NCBI GenBank assembly: GCA_964016885.1
Contig: OZ024743.1
Coordinates: 315,518,001 to 315,582,000, forward strand
From: Eledone cirrhosa
Taxonomy: Eukaryota
Reading direction: 5' to 3'
Length of the DNA: 64,000 nucleotides
Part shown: piece after piece, positions 44,560 through 58,945 of the stretch
Position numbering within the stretch: the first letter of the stretch is position 1
How the letters are laid out: every line of letters begins with the position of its first letter
Notes under the pieces: generated by a model
The model's input: only the letters and a program-made list of their open reading frames with translations
Databases searched by the model: none
Told to the model about the DNA's origin: nothing
Program-made: the position numbers and the translations under genes

Positions 44560-46035
44560 AATGTACTCTCGCTACGTTGATGATATAAACATCGTAGTAA
44601 AAACACCCCCACTAGAGAACAGTCAGGAATTAGAGAAAATCACCATGGAAAGCATCCAGCAAATAGCTAACTCCATCTACCAGAGTATTAGAGTTACTAT
44701 AGACTACCCAAGCAAACATCCCAACCATCGATTACCTGTACTAGACACAGAGCTCTGGTTAGAGACCATTAATAACAAAAAACAAATCCTCCATTCCCAT
44801 TATGCCAAACCCATGACTTCCAAATATCTGATCCACCGAAACTCAGCTGTTTTGGATCACACCAAAATCAACATACTGATGGCGGATTTAGTACGGGTGA
44901 TGAGAAACGTGTCCCGCATGTGCAACCCCAAAGAACTAGAGAGACACATACAACACTTCATCCACCGTATGCAGTTCTCTGGTTACAAAATCAGAGAGAT
45001 AAAATAATCAGAGTATATAGAGAAGCCAGAACCAAATGGGAAAAATGGTAAATAATGATACAAATGGGACCTTCCCCTTTATAGGAGCAAATGTTGGAAT
45101 AGAATAGAAAGAACTAGGAATAAGGTTAATAGAATAAACTCATGGTATGATAGCAATAAATACCAGAGAGTAATGTTCATCGATACAACGCCTAGAGATG
45201 AATTAGCTTACAAATTTAGAAGGGCCTAGATAAACTTAAACTAAATATTAATATAGTAGAAAGACCAGGTACCTCCATAAAAACACTTATTAGTAATACA
45301 TACTCTTTTCGAAGACCTCCCTGTATAGATAAGAAATGCATAATCTGTAAACTAAGCCCCCATATTAACTGTAAAACTAATAACATAGTATATAGTATAA
45401 GATGTACTGAAGGACAATGTAAAGATAAGAATATAGTGTACATAGGTGAGGCAGCTCGTAGTATAGGAGAACGATTAAATGAACACTGGCGAGAGCTTCA
45501 AGATAGAAAAGATTCAGCAGTACTCCACCAATATGCTAAAATAGAACATAAGGGCAAATTAGAGAACATAGAAATAAAAATAAAATCTACACACAGAAAA
45601 GACGCAATGTTTAGACAAATCATAGAGGCAATAAACATAAATGAACTCCAACCAAAATTAAATAGAAAACATGAATGGAATAGCAACATCACAACTTACA
45701 ATTAAGGACAAAATGAAAACACACACACACATAGAACAAACAACCAACCAGTAACATGTAAATAAACAATAAATAAACAAATAAAAACACACACAGACAC
45801 CGGGATGTAACACATGCGCAAACTAAGCAAACAACACACACAAAAACAAGATGGCGTAGAACAGAACAAAGGAGAGGAACAAAAACAAAGAAAAGAATCC
45901 CCAGTCACTGATGAGGTCACAGAATGTGTGACGAAAGAACTTTGACAATATATGAACAACCGTCCGGTTGTGGAACCAACCAACCGGAAATTTATAAATT
46001 CTTAAATTTATAAATTTAATTTATAATAAATTGGA
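44560..46035 (+). mobile_element. 5'-truncated PLE of a different clade (Nematis/Neptune-like): YVDD RT end, thumb, GIY-YIG, 3' pLTR
   Basis: RYVDDI...LPVLDTELW...HYAKPM...QFSGY; NCKTNNIVYSIRC..CKDKNIVYIGEAARSIGERLNEH...RQIIEAININELQPKLNRKHEW. Confidence 0.85.
45904..45946 (+). ncRNA. Minimal type I hammerhead (family F), canonical core
   Basis: GTCA CTGATGA G GTCACA-GAATG-TGTGAC GAAA GAAC TT TGAC. Confidence 0.8.
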
Positions 46036-46629
46036 GTGAAAGCAACTGGTGTGTGTGTTTCTTATTGGCAACATGCATGTGTGCGCGTGTGTGTTTGTAA
46101 TTATTTCATTTAGTTATCAATTTGATTAATACAAGTAAATTGTTTGTGAGAAGAGTATTTCGAATTTACTTTGTCACTTATGTCATGCTCCTGTTGTTAC
46201 TGCTACTGTGACTGTTTCAGCTGCTGCTGCAGTTATTTCTGACAGCTGAAACTATATATTGACATAGGCACCTCATTGTAAATGATTTATTTTGTGACAT
46301 TCTTACTTCGCAGATATTCTTTCAAAATAGTGAACATTTGGAGTTTAAAGTATTGACAGATCTAGCCACCCCACCACCACCAACAACAACCACAACCACA
46401 ACCACAACAACAGTATATCATCTCTTGCATTTAGTTGCACCCTTTGAAGTATGATTAAGGAGACATTGTATGGTGAGAAATGGGAAACATACTGAAAGAT
46501 ACCAAGATATCAGATGACTTTCTATTTTACTGCTTAATGAAGAATTTTAAAGAACAGAAAGTGGTTTATGGTCAGAGAAGTCATGTGACCTATTCGTTAG
46601 CGTGTTTTACTCACAAACATTTGTTCGTG

Positions 46630-46900
46630 GAGTGGGGCGTGGCCTAGTGGCGAGTGTATTGGATAGTGCGTTCGATTCTTTGACTAGGTTGTGTGTTGTG
46701 TTCTTGAGCAAAACTCTTTATTTCCCGCTAAATACAGTATACCCAGCTGAAAAGGGTATTACTAGTAGCTGGGGCTCAACCTTGCGGTAGACTGGCGCCC
46801 TGTCAAAGGGAAAGGTTTGTACACTCAGTAGCTTAATGCCATGGAAACCGGACACCCGGATCGGCACCAGCCTGATGAGCCTTCGGACTCGAGACAGACA
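46630..46900 (+). mobile_element. tRNA-headed SINE of a second family
   Basis: ggggcgtggcctagtggcgagtg...gttcgattc...gtgttgtgttcttgagcaaaactcttt...ggaaaccgg...cctgatgagcc. Confidence 0.75.
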
Positions 46901-47107
46901 ATAGATTTTTTACATTAGTACGTGGCTTCGATTCCAGGTCCGTTGTGTTTTTTAGCAAAATACTTTATTTGACATTACTCGTCACACCAGGAGTCGCAGC
47001 CGACAGATAGTATCTGCAATGGAAACACCAATTAAAACATTTTTTCCTTAGCCCGATCTAATTATCAACTCCTTTTATTTCCTTTCCTTATTGTAAAATG
47101 TTTAACG

Positions 47108-47199
<92 letters not shown>

Positions 47200-47206
<7 letters not shown>

Positions 47207-49532
47207 AGATCAAAAGATGGTTAAAAGAGTTCCAAGTATTTTATTATGCGCATTTCAAAAACAAATATCATCATGGGATGATATTTGCGTTCTCATCAGA
47301 TAAAATAGGGAGACATGATATGAAACTTAAAAAACACTTGAGAGCAGTGTATTGTTAAATCAACATATGAAAAATAAAGTAAGATAGATATATGAGATTG
47401 GGAAAAACAGGAGGGGGGGGGGTAAGAAAAGGTAAGGAAGAGGAAGAAAGAAAATAAAGTATGACGGGGGAGGAGTATAAGAAGGAAGGATGAGAGAGGA
47501 GGTGAAATGAGTGATAGAGAGAGAGAAATAGCCTTTACAACTGAGAAAACATTGTCTCACAGAGAGAAATTAAAAATCCGTTGAAAGATAATAGATAATT
47601 TTAAAAGATTTTGAAATTAAAAGTTAATGAGGTTTATGAATGGTGATGTTTATGATTAAAGAAAAAGGAATTAAGAATAGTATTTATTTAAGGGTTTAAT
47701 AATATGTGCGAAAAAAATAATTTATTAATATGTATTATTAAAATAAAAATATTAAGGATATAATGTGAAAGAAGGAGAGATGGAATGAATTATGAACTTA
47801 GAGGAATTAGTTAGGGTTTAAGTTTGTTTTTTATGTTTTGTAATATGTAAAAGTAAATAATAGGTTTAATACGATTACCGAAGGAGAGAAGAAAGAAGAA
47901 AATTTAAGGAGGAAAACATATCTAACGTCAAAAAGTATATATGTTTACAAAATGTTCTAATGGTAATATTATTATATATTTAAAAAAATATAGTTTCTCT
48001 GGCCAACAATATAAGGAAAAATGGAAAATGCTATAGTGAGTAATAATATGAATTAAGAAGTAATTGAGAAGTAAAAGTTACAGATTAACGATTAGAAATT
48101 AAAAAAGAAAAAAGGAAGAAAGGAAAAAGGATAAAAAGAAGAAAGATGGGGGACCTCTAACGACATAGATTGAGTAAATTGTATAATATAATATACAGAA
48201 ATAAGGTAGAAAGATGGGTATATTTGTAAAAGATATAAAAGCCTTTGAGAAAAGAAGATTTTAAACTAATTAGGTATTGAGATATTAGCTGTATACTTTA
48301 TGGAAAGTTCTATGGGATTTATGCAAGCAGAGCAAAAATAAATCCGTACGTCTATTTATTATAGAATTAAAATTAGATATAATGGTAAATTTCTCGGCTA
48401 AGCAGAGATTACATGTTCTGGATAGGGAAGAATTTCGCTAAGGAAAGGCGTTGCAAACCTTCCTCCAAGAGATGTTATAGTTAATATTTTTGTCTTTTAA
48501 GGACCATATGAGTTCCGAGAGTGCCGTGTTAGTTCTTTTAAGTTGGTATTTAAAAGACGATTTCTAATCATAAAATCTTGCTTTAAAGGAAGTGGAAGTG
48601 GAACCGAAATAGGTAAAGGAATTAGTACCAGTTATAATCTTACATTCATACACTAAGTTTTTATCAAGACATTGTTTATTAAGAGGACATTTAGTTCTAA
48701 CAGGGCAATTACAATTACGATTAGAGACATTAACAGAGTTATTAACAAGTGACCTAGTATTATTTATAGAATGAATTGGATTGGAGAAGTTATTTACGAT
48801 AGGAACTATAGTTTCCTGATTTAGATTGGTATTATGAACATTCGTCGTATTTAAATTTACTGAATCTAGCCTAGAGTTAACATTGACGTTGGGTTTACTA
48901 TTGCTATTATTATGACGCTCGGTTGGGTGGATATAATTTATTATTTAATATTTTATTATTGTGTTTAGAGATAATGTTAGAGATGTTGGAAGTGGGGGAA
49001 TAAGAGAATTTGATTGTATGTTTGTTAAAGATCTGGCTATAGATATACGAGGGAGGGAAGCATTTATCTAAGGCCCTAAAGAATAGTTTAGGAATATTAC
49101 TAGTAATAGATAGAGAAAAAGGAGCATTATACCAAATCATATTTTTGTATCTAGGTCTTTTATTTAAGTTATTGGAATGTTCATAATTAACAATTTTACT
49201 ATAAGTCCTTCGATGATTGGTTTCTTTACTGTATTTAAATTTATCAGGATAACCGGCTTTGGAAAGCGCATTATTATAGTAATTGGCATTAGCGTCGAAG
49301 ATAACTTTATTAGAGGATAGATTTGAGATTCTTTTTTCAATATTACTGACTATAGTATTTTTAACGTTAGTGGGGTGGTTAGATTTAAAATTAACATACT
49401 TTAGATTCTCATTGCCTTTATGGTAAGGGTAATATAGGCCAGTGTCAAGATTAAGGGATATATCCAGGAAGTTAGCTAGTTTGACGTTGTTATCAAATTC
49501 AATTTTAAGGTTATGCTGCTTATATAGATCAA

Positions 49533-49535
<3 letters not shown>
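47200..49535 (-). mobile_element. 5'-truncated Hydra-clade-like PLE (thumb plus GIY-YIG, 48240-49530) with family D HHR at 47237-47307 (-)
   Basis: ANFLDISLNLDTGLYYPYHK...SNHP, IWYNAPFS, CNCPVRTKCPLNKQCLDKNLVYECKI...YFGSTSTSFKARF. TATTTTAT CTGATGA..CAAATATCATC-CCAT-GATGATATTTG..GAAA TGCGCA TA ATAAAATA. (TA)n on both sides. Confidence 0.9.
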
Positions 49536-49596
<61 letters not shown>

Positions 49597-49941
49597 TGTA
49601 CCCCCGGCATTCGCCATCCCGGTTATTCGCGGAATTTCCCTTAGAATTTAACTAATAATTGTTCGTAGAAACCACCGTATATTTACGGAATCGTAAATAT
49701 CTTCTGCGATTTTTTATGGCTTTTTCGTGGTAATATATATATTTTTTAAAGATAAATTATATAATAACATTATACCGTATTTGCCGGTCTATTGGACTGC
49801 CCTTCACATATATTTTTACGTTTATAGGATTTTTATGGATCACATCCAATATTAGCAATTTTTCACTCTTCGCGGGTGTTCTAGGAACGTAATCCTCGCG
49901 AATATCTTGGGAGAACTGTATATATATATCTATCTATATAT

Positions 49942-49982
<41 letters not shown>

Positions 49983-50150
49983 ACTCTCTATATATATATA
50001 TATTAAATAACAGGGTGAAAGCAGTGATTCTTTACTTAAAATTTAAACTGTTATTTAATAAATATTTGCTCTTCGGTTTTTATATATATTTATATACATA
50101 TAATCTTTATCGAGCCCTCTTCGGATTTTAGTCTTCACATTTATTATTAT

Positions 50151-50256
<106 letters not shown>

Positions 50257-50368
50257 TTTTATGTTCATACACGGAACATAAGTTCTAACCAAGGTTCCAA
50301 GGCCCAAATTTGACCAAAGCTCCATCAATATAGCAGCCTTACTTCAGGCGCTTATACGTTTTTTATAT

Positions 50369-50545
50369 ACAGTATTTCCCCGTGCCGACCGAAAACGCTT
50401 CATCCTCGTGGACGCACCCTAATTTTGACAACCAAAAATTTGAAAAAATAAAAACAAACAACCCTCGGTCTTCAGGACGCATGGTAGATTTTTTAGAATT
50501 ATTTTAGGAAAAAAGTAGCGTCTTCAACGCCGGGAAATACGGTAT
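50369..50545. mobile_element. Tc1/pogo-type MITE
   Basis: TA-CAGTATTTCCC...GGGAAATACGG-TA terminal inverted repeats. A related terminus taccgtatttgccgg is at ~49773. Confidence 0.65.
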
Positions 50546-50610
50546 ATAAATTATATATATATATATATATAAATTCTAAAAATATGATTTAAATATTTAC
50601 CTATCCATAT

Positions 50611-50691
50611 TGCTTCTACCGACGGTTTCGCCTCAGAAAAGATTGGAAATCCAAGGGACTTCCAATGGAAAGTTCGGCTCTTCAGAAAGCA
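50611..50691 (-). ncRNA. Hammerhead with branched stem II (family K)
   Basis: TGCTTT CTGAAGA GCC..[ACTTTCC-ATT-GGAAGT][TTGGA-TT-TCCAA]..GGC GAAA CCGTCGG TA GAAGCA. Confidence 0.75.
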
Positions 50692-51367
50692 TTTTCCCTT
50701 ACATAGGACATAAAGTCTGACAGCCAGCAAATAGTGCAGGATAAAATGGGGCCGTAAACGTGACCTACACGTGAACTGGTCGTTAGTAGCAGCGGGAGTA
50801 GTATCATAGACGTGTTGTCTGCCACACCAGTAAAATAGCAGCTAGGTAAACGATGGATTTTTTCTCTACACATGGGAGAATATACATAAAATGAGATCAA
50901 TATCCCCACAGGTACTAAGTTCCCTCGGAAATATATAGGGTGTGTATGATACAGTTGTTGTTCAATGGTATTAATTTGACATACCAGAACTATAAAATTT
51001 ATATATATATATATATATATATATAAGTTGTTTAGCACTAAGAGAGAGAAATGGGCTGTGAAGGAAAACTTATCATAGGACCACACACAACTCTAAAGAA
51101 GTGGTTGAGGATCAGAGATTTACTGTAAAGTGTTCAATAAGTTGAGAGAATGATAGGTTATGGAGGAACGTTCAACGGCAACCCCGCAATCAGGTCTTTT
51201 TGTCGATGTTTCTATTCAGATTTTCCTGTATTTTAATATTCTAACTCTGATACTGAAACCTGATGATATTTGACTTTTATTTACACACTTTCCCCTCCCC
51301 AAGAATTGCTGGCTTTGTGCCTAAAGTAGAAACAATAGTAAAGAAGGGCAGACCGTTTTTATACGTC

Positions 51368-51862
51368 TTGTGGCCATGGCGAAATAGGTTGTATGAGGGG
51401 GACACTTGAAAGGTTTGAAGGTAAGCACTTTCTTCTTTGAAGAGGCACGGATTAACTTCTTCAGATTCCAATTGAGGAGGAAAATAAGGGTAGAGAGAGA
51501 AGGACTACCTTCAAAGTAATTTGTTGAAAGGTGGGTGAGAGAAGCGAGTATGGCCCGAGTGGGCGGGCCCGCTGTGTGTAAGCCTGTAGATTAGAGGAGT
51601 ACAACTGAGACAGGGCACTTGGCATCAAGATCAGCGCATCCTCGGTTTTATGGGGTTTTTTCCACGAATGACCCTCGAACGTCTCCTCCCTATTGAGGAA
51701 CCTTCCTTGTTTGATTTGTCTTACTATCTTTTTTTAATATTGTTAAAATTTGTTTACACGCAAAACCTACACACATACACACTCTATGTTTTCGTCCTGT
51801 ACTGTTATAATGTTTTTTCTTGATGTGGACCCTTTGTGATTAATAAAGAATTCATTATTATT
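51368..51862 (+). mobile_element. Degraded 3' end of a Tx1-like element related to 41880-42100
   Basis: FFRFQLRRKIRVERE...FVERWVREASMARVGGP, compared with FFRYHFGRRIRMERE...FYERWVNVARMARVNGP. Tail taataaagaattcattatt. Confidence 0.7.
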
Positions 51863-51877
51863 TTTATTGTGGGTGGA

Positions 51878-52065
51878 ATGGCAGTATCGGTAGAGGGTGG
51901 GACGCCATGCTTTCCAGCATAGTTACGTCCCTTTACGATCTGAGTTCAAATCCTGCCGAGGTTGACTTTGCCTTTCATCCTTACGTGGTCGATAAAATAA
52001 AGTACCAGTAATGCACTGGGTAATTGCTGGCCTTGTGCCTAAAGTAGAAACAATTATTATTTTTA
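51878..52065 (+). mobile_element. Octopus-type tRNA-derived SINE
   Basis: tggcagtatcggtagagg...gagttcaaatcctgccgaggttgactttgcctttcatcc... Confidence 0.85.
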
Positions 52066-52094
52066 TTGTCGGCCCTTGTGGCCAATAAATGAAA

Positions 52095-52126
<32 letters not shown>

Positions 52127-52269
52127 GATTACAGACGGTAAAGCCACACTTCATATCGCCTCCAGATGAATTCGAATTGTTTGCATTTATTTCGACAATC
52201 TCTAACCTTTTATTCGAGTTTTGAATTTGATAAGAGTTCAGAGCAAGTGACACATATCTCACAAGTGGG

Positions 52270-54420
<2,151 letters not shown>

Positions 54421-54645
54421 TGGCAGTCTCGGTAGAGGATCAGACGCCATGCTTTGCAGCATAGAGTTATGGCCCTTTACTATCTGAGTTCAAATCCCAC
54501 CGAGGTTAACTTTGCCTTTCATCCTTACGGGGTCGATAAAATAAAGTATCAGTAATGCACTGGAGTAATTGCTGGCCTTGTGGCAAAAGTAGAAACAATT
54601 ATTACTTGTTGGCCTTGTGCCTAAATCAGAAACAATTATTATTAT
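54421..54645 (+). mobile_element. Octopus-type tRNA-derived SINE with duplicated tail
   Basis: Same family as 51878-52065; ggccttgtg..aaa..agaaacaattatta occurs twice. Confidence 0.85.
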
Positions 54646-54646
54646 C

Positions 54647-54681
<35 letters not shown>

Positions 54682-55245
54682 GTGTAGTAGTAGTAGTAGT
54701 ATTGTGGTTGTTGTCAGTTTGTGTTAAAATGGCAGCTAAAACTAGTTAGAAGAAACTACATAATGTTTTTACATGTTGTGCTGCTTCTATTGGGGCAAAA
54801 TGCTGGAGAATTATTTGCATTGAAAATGGTTCCATCAATAGACCGAATGTTCCTTTATGGGAATCACTCCATATTCCTTTTTGTATCGGATTTTGATCAA
54901 AGCAAAACATAAACAGGTATTAAACGGAGAAAGAAATTAATCTCCTTGGAAAAAAATATTTCTTTTAATCTCAATTTCAGCTGGCAACTTCTGCTTCTTC
55001 TGAACATATGTCAACTTGACTAAGATGTCATGCTTACCACAATAAGGTTGTTCGGGTTTTTTTTACAATGAAGGCCAAATATATTGAGACACTCTACCAG
55101 AGGTGGTTTATGATAAGTAGAACAATAAATAATGTTTGAGTCCATTTAACTATTTATTTCCAAAAGCATACTTTCGCTCAGCAACTTACTTAATCTTTTA
55201 CGTAACTAAAAGTCATTTCATCGGGATTTTGTAATATATATACTG

Positions 55246-55349
<104 letters not shown>

Positions 55350-55544
55350 TGTGTGTGTGTGTGTATGTGTGTGTGTGTGTGGGTGTGTGGGTGGGTGTGT
55401 GTGTGAGAGTGAGTGTGTGTGCGTATGTATATACATATATACATACATATGTTTGTGTTTGTATGTATGTGTCTCGTACGCGAATGAGGCTTCGGATCAT
55501 GTCAATCGATATATATATACATATATATATATAAAAAGAAAAGA

Positions 55545-55925
55545 GTGAAACGAAATTTCATTTCTCACTCTTAGTACGGCTGATACTTAAATGTAAGTAT
55601 GTAACATACATACATATATGTATACAGACGTACAGTAGTATGTATATATATATACATACATGCACACATATACATATGTACGTATGGGTTTACCGAACAT
55701 TTATTATAATGTTCGGTTTGTTTGTAAACAAACAGCCCGAATTACGCCTTTTTGTTCAACACTGACACAGGAACGATGTACTAGTTTCAAGCTTATTAGC
55801 TATCGTCATCACCGTATACCTTTCTGTCAGATGATTGAACGTTTGAAAGTATATACTTTCCTTATGCATATTAACGGCTGAGCAGCCTAATTTGCATATC
55901 GAGTGAGTTAGTCGGCCGGGCCGAA
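55545..55925 (-). mobile_element. Family B retrozyme-like copy; HHR at 55773-55815 with a core mutation
   Basis: Homologous to 13190-13630. The core reads ATGACGA. Confidence 0.8.
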
Positions 55926-55992
55926 AATGTTCCTATTTTTAACAAAAAGGTGACGATGGTTGCCGAACACTGTACAGCATAATTATATGTTT

Positions 55993-56030
<38 letters not shown>

Positions 56031-56057
56031 CGTTATATATATATTATATATATAGCG

Positions 56058-56148
<91 letters not shown>

Positions 56149-56489
56149 TAACAGATTAAAGTTTAAGCAAAGAATCGCTGCTTTCACCCTTAACGGGATC
56201 TTCTGAAACTAACAAAGTCAATCTGTAAACGCAGAACTGGATATTTCAAAAAACGTTGCAACTGGAGGAAGACAGGAAGACGATTAGGTATGTTTTCCTG
56301 CTTGGTACGGGTATGTTCTTTGTAGAAATATTCAGATGTTGTTTCTGCATGATGAATATAAGTCAGTAGAGTGCTCAACCGAAGGAGCCAAATAGTAATA
56401 ATAATAAAATTGAAGACTAAAATCCAAAGAGGGCTCGATAAGGAAAATATATATCCAATATATAAGAACCGAAGAGCAAATATTTATTA

Positions 56490-56537
<48 letters not shown>

Positions 56538-56666
56538 GTGAGGTTTTTTTTACAAAATGAAAAATAACCGGTGTCCTACACGAGTGAAAGTATAAACAAA
56601 AAGAGATGAAATCGAAAATGCAACTGGAGTCTTATTTTTTTTTTAAATATATATATTTATTTGGTT

Positions 56667-56704
56667 CCTTTACCGGTTTCGCAGTTCTTCTGCTTTTCAA
56701 AAGG
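56667..56704 (-). ncRNA. Minimal hammerhead, U3-A8 core (family H)
   Basis: CCTT TTGAAAA GCAG-AAGAA-CTGC GAAA CCGG TA AAGG. All three helices are intact. Confidence 0.8.
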
Positions 56705-56727
56705 TGAGTTGAGATGGAGGGTCTGTG

Positions 56728-56759
<32 letters not shown>

Positions 56760-56762
<3 letters not shown>

Positions 56763-56930
56763 CGTTGTTGAGTTCTCTAGTCTACGGTTTTTCATAGATT
56801 GTCTGTGAATATACCATCTTTTTTTGAATTCCCCAGCCGTAGAACCTATGTAGTGCCATTCTAAGTTGCCCGAATTCATAGCACACAGGTACACTATACT
56901 TGATTCCAGGCATCTGCTTTGTGGTGGGCA

Positions 56931-56986
<56 letters not shown>

Positions 56987-57960
56987 CACTAGAAAACAGT
57001 TGCCTAGAATCAAATACAGTGTACATGTGAACTATCAACTCGGGTAACTTAGTATGGCACTACATAGGTTCTACGGCTGGGGAATTCAAAAAAAGATGGT
57101 ATGTTCACAGACATTCTATGAAGAACTGTAGACTAGAGAACTCAACAACGCTAGCCAATAAAATCTCGCAGCTTAAGGAGATGAACCAAGAATACAGGAT
57201 TCGTTGGTCGAAATTATCGGGAGCAAAGGCCTACAGTGCTGGAATGTCCCACTGCTGACTTTGCAATATGGAGCTGTTTCCATATTTTAAAGTATTATAA
57301 AATGCTGCTTAACAGCACAATAGAACGATCAATTTTCTGTAGGTACAAAGCAGCTACTAAATTCGCAAATTTCAAACTAGCATGATTCGATCTAGCAATC
57401 CCATAATTCAAGCTGAACCACCCTGAGTCTATTATAATAACTACATACCACACCACTATTATTAGCTGTCAACTGACCAACTAATCACTAAATCAACATC
57501 ATAAATCTCCTAACCTTTCTCTCACTCTCTCTCCCTAAAGCTATTTCACGCCCACTCTCTGTACCCTATCCTATATCTCTTCCCCTTTCACTTAATTTCT
57601 AATTTATTATTTTTATCTTTTATCTGTTATTTGTTATTATATTTTTCTTCCTGAAATTTAACCACTACATATGTATATATTTAATATTTATTTTCATATT
57701 AATAGTATTTATACCCTCATCACATCTCTATACTTACTCACCACTATAATTTTAACCACCACCATCACCACCACTATTATCAACAATTGTATTATGATCC
57801 TATTTTTTCACGTATATATATTTTTTTACTTATTTTTTTATCATCTTCATTCTAACTTCTTTATTATTATTTTTTCTTTTTCTTTTTTATTATTGATGTT
57901 GTTCGGATTCTCCGTTGTATCTATAAATTCAAACACCGCGTGTAAATTATTTAGTATTCC
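56760..57960 (+). mobile_element. PLE GIY-YIG fragment and 3' UTR (+56982 onward) with an inverted duplicate (-56760-56933)
   Basis: CPLENSCLESNTVY...WHYIGSTAGEFKKRWYVHRHS...WSKLSGAKAYSAG..C*LCNME. The mirror copy lies across a (TA)n tract. Confidence 0.8.
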
Positions 57961-58434
57961 GATGATTTGATCGGGCAAACAATGTATTTAAGGTCGAGTG
58001 ACACAACTGCGAGAAAATTTCGCTCTACATGGCTGAATAAAATAAATGTAATCTGAGTTTTTCGAATATTAATAATAACATTCGATTCGTTTACATTGTT
58101 TCCCAATAAATAGCTTGTTTTTTTTCTTTTTTTACAAATATATTGCCTATGTATATTAAGCATTTATATAGACATCTATAATAAAGGCATAGAGACATCT
58201 ATAATAAAGATTCTACATAATCTCATAGATGTCTTTATTCTTATTGGCAAAATCACATTCTTTTTACATCTATGTTACCAATGATAAAATAACATAGTCA
58301 CCATCATTGTTTAATGTCCACTTTCTCTGCTAGTAAGGTGTCATCACAGACTGATGGTGGGGGCGCTGAGGTTATTACGTGGCCCCAAAACTTGGAGAAC
58401 CTCTGGTTTACGATTATGCAAACAAACCTCAATT

Positions 58435-58886
58435 TATAGCCATGTCAGTAGGCTTGTTGAGGCTTGTTTTCATAATTGTAAACGAATCGAAGGTTATTAT
58501 TAATTATCGAAAAACTCAGATTACATTTATTGTATTCAGCCATGGAGAGCGAAATTTTCTTTTTTATTTGAATTAGGCATAGACGGCCATTTATCGCTCG
58601 TATACAGGAAACTGACTGGCCAGTCTGCTGATATGCAAATCTGGCTCATCAGTGGATCTGCTAATATGCAGATCTGACTGATCAGCCAGTCTGCTAATAT
58701 GCAAATCAGGCCGATCAGACACTGTGTATTTTTGAAAATAGCATATATTTTCACTAGCTCTGACAGTTTGGCAGGTGAACAGTGAGCTGTACTGATGAAG
58801 GGTGATACCCAGAAATATTAGTGTCTGCAGTTCTGTTCGCATGCCAACACAAGAGCAAGAATGAAGTGTTCATTCTACTGACATGG

Positions 58887-58889
<3 letters not shown>
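58435..58889 (+). mobile_element. Small element with 15-bp terminal inverted repeats, internal short repeats and an HHR at 58786-58831 (family L)
   Basis: TAGCCATGTCAGTAG / CTACTGACATGGCTA. GCTGTA CTGATGA AGGGT-GAT-ACCCA GAAA TATTAGTG TC TGCAGT. Confidence 0.7.

Positions 58890-58939
<50 letters not shown>

Positions 58940-58945
<6 letters not shown>

Noticed and set aside
46866-46900. CTGATGAGCCTTCGGACTCGAGAC as a hammerhead
   Set aside because: It is part of a SINE tail, has GAGA instead of GAAA, and lacks a closing stem I.
58610-58720. Short spaced repeats as CRISPR-like
   Set aside because: Eukaryotic context, no unique spacers and no cas genes. This is a simple minisatellite.
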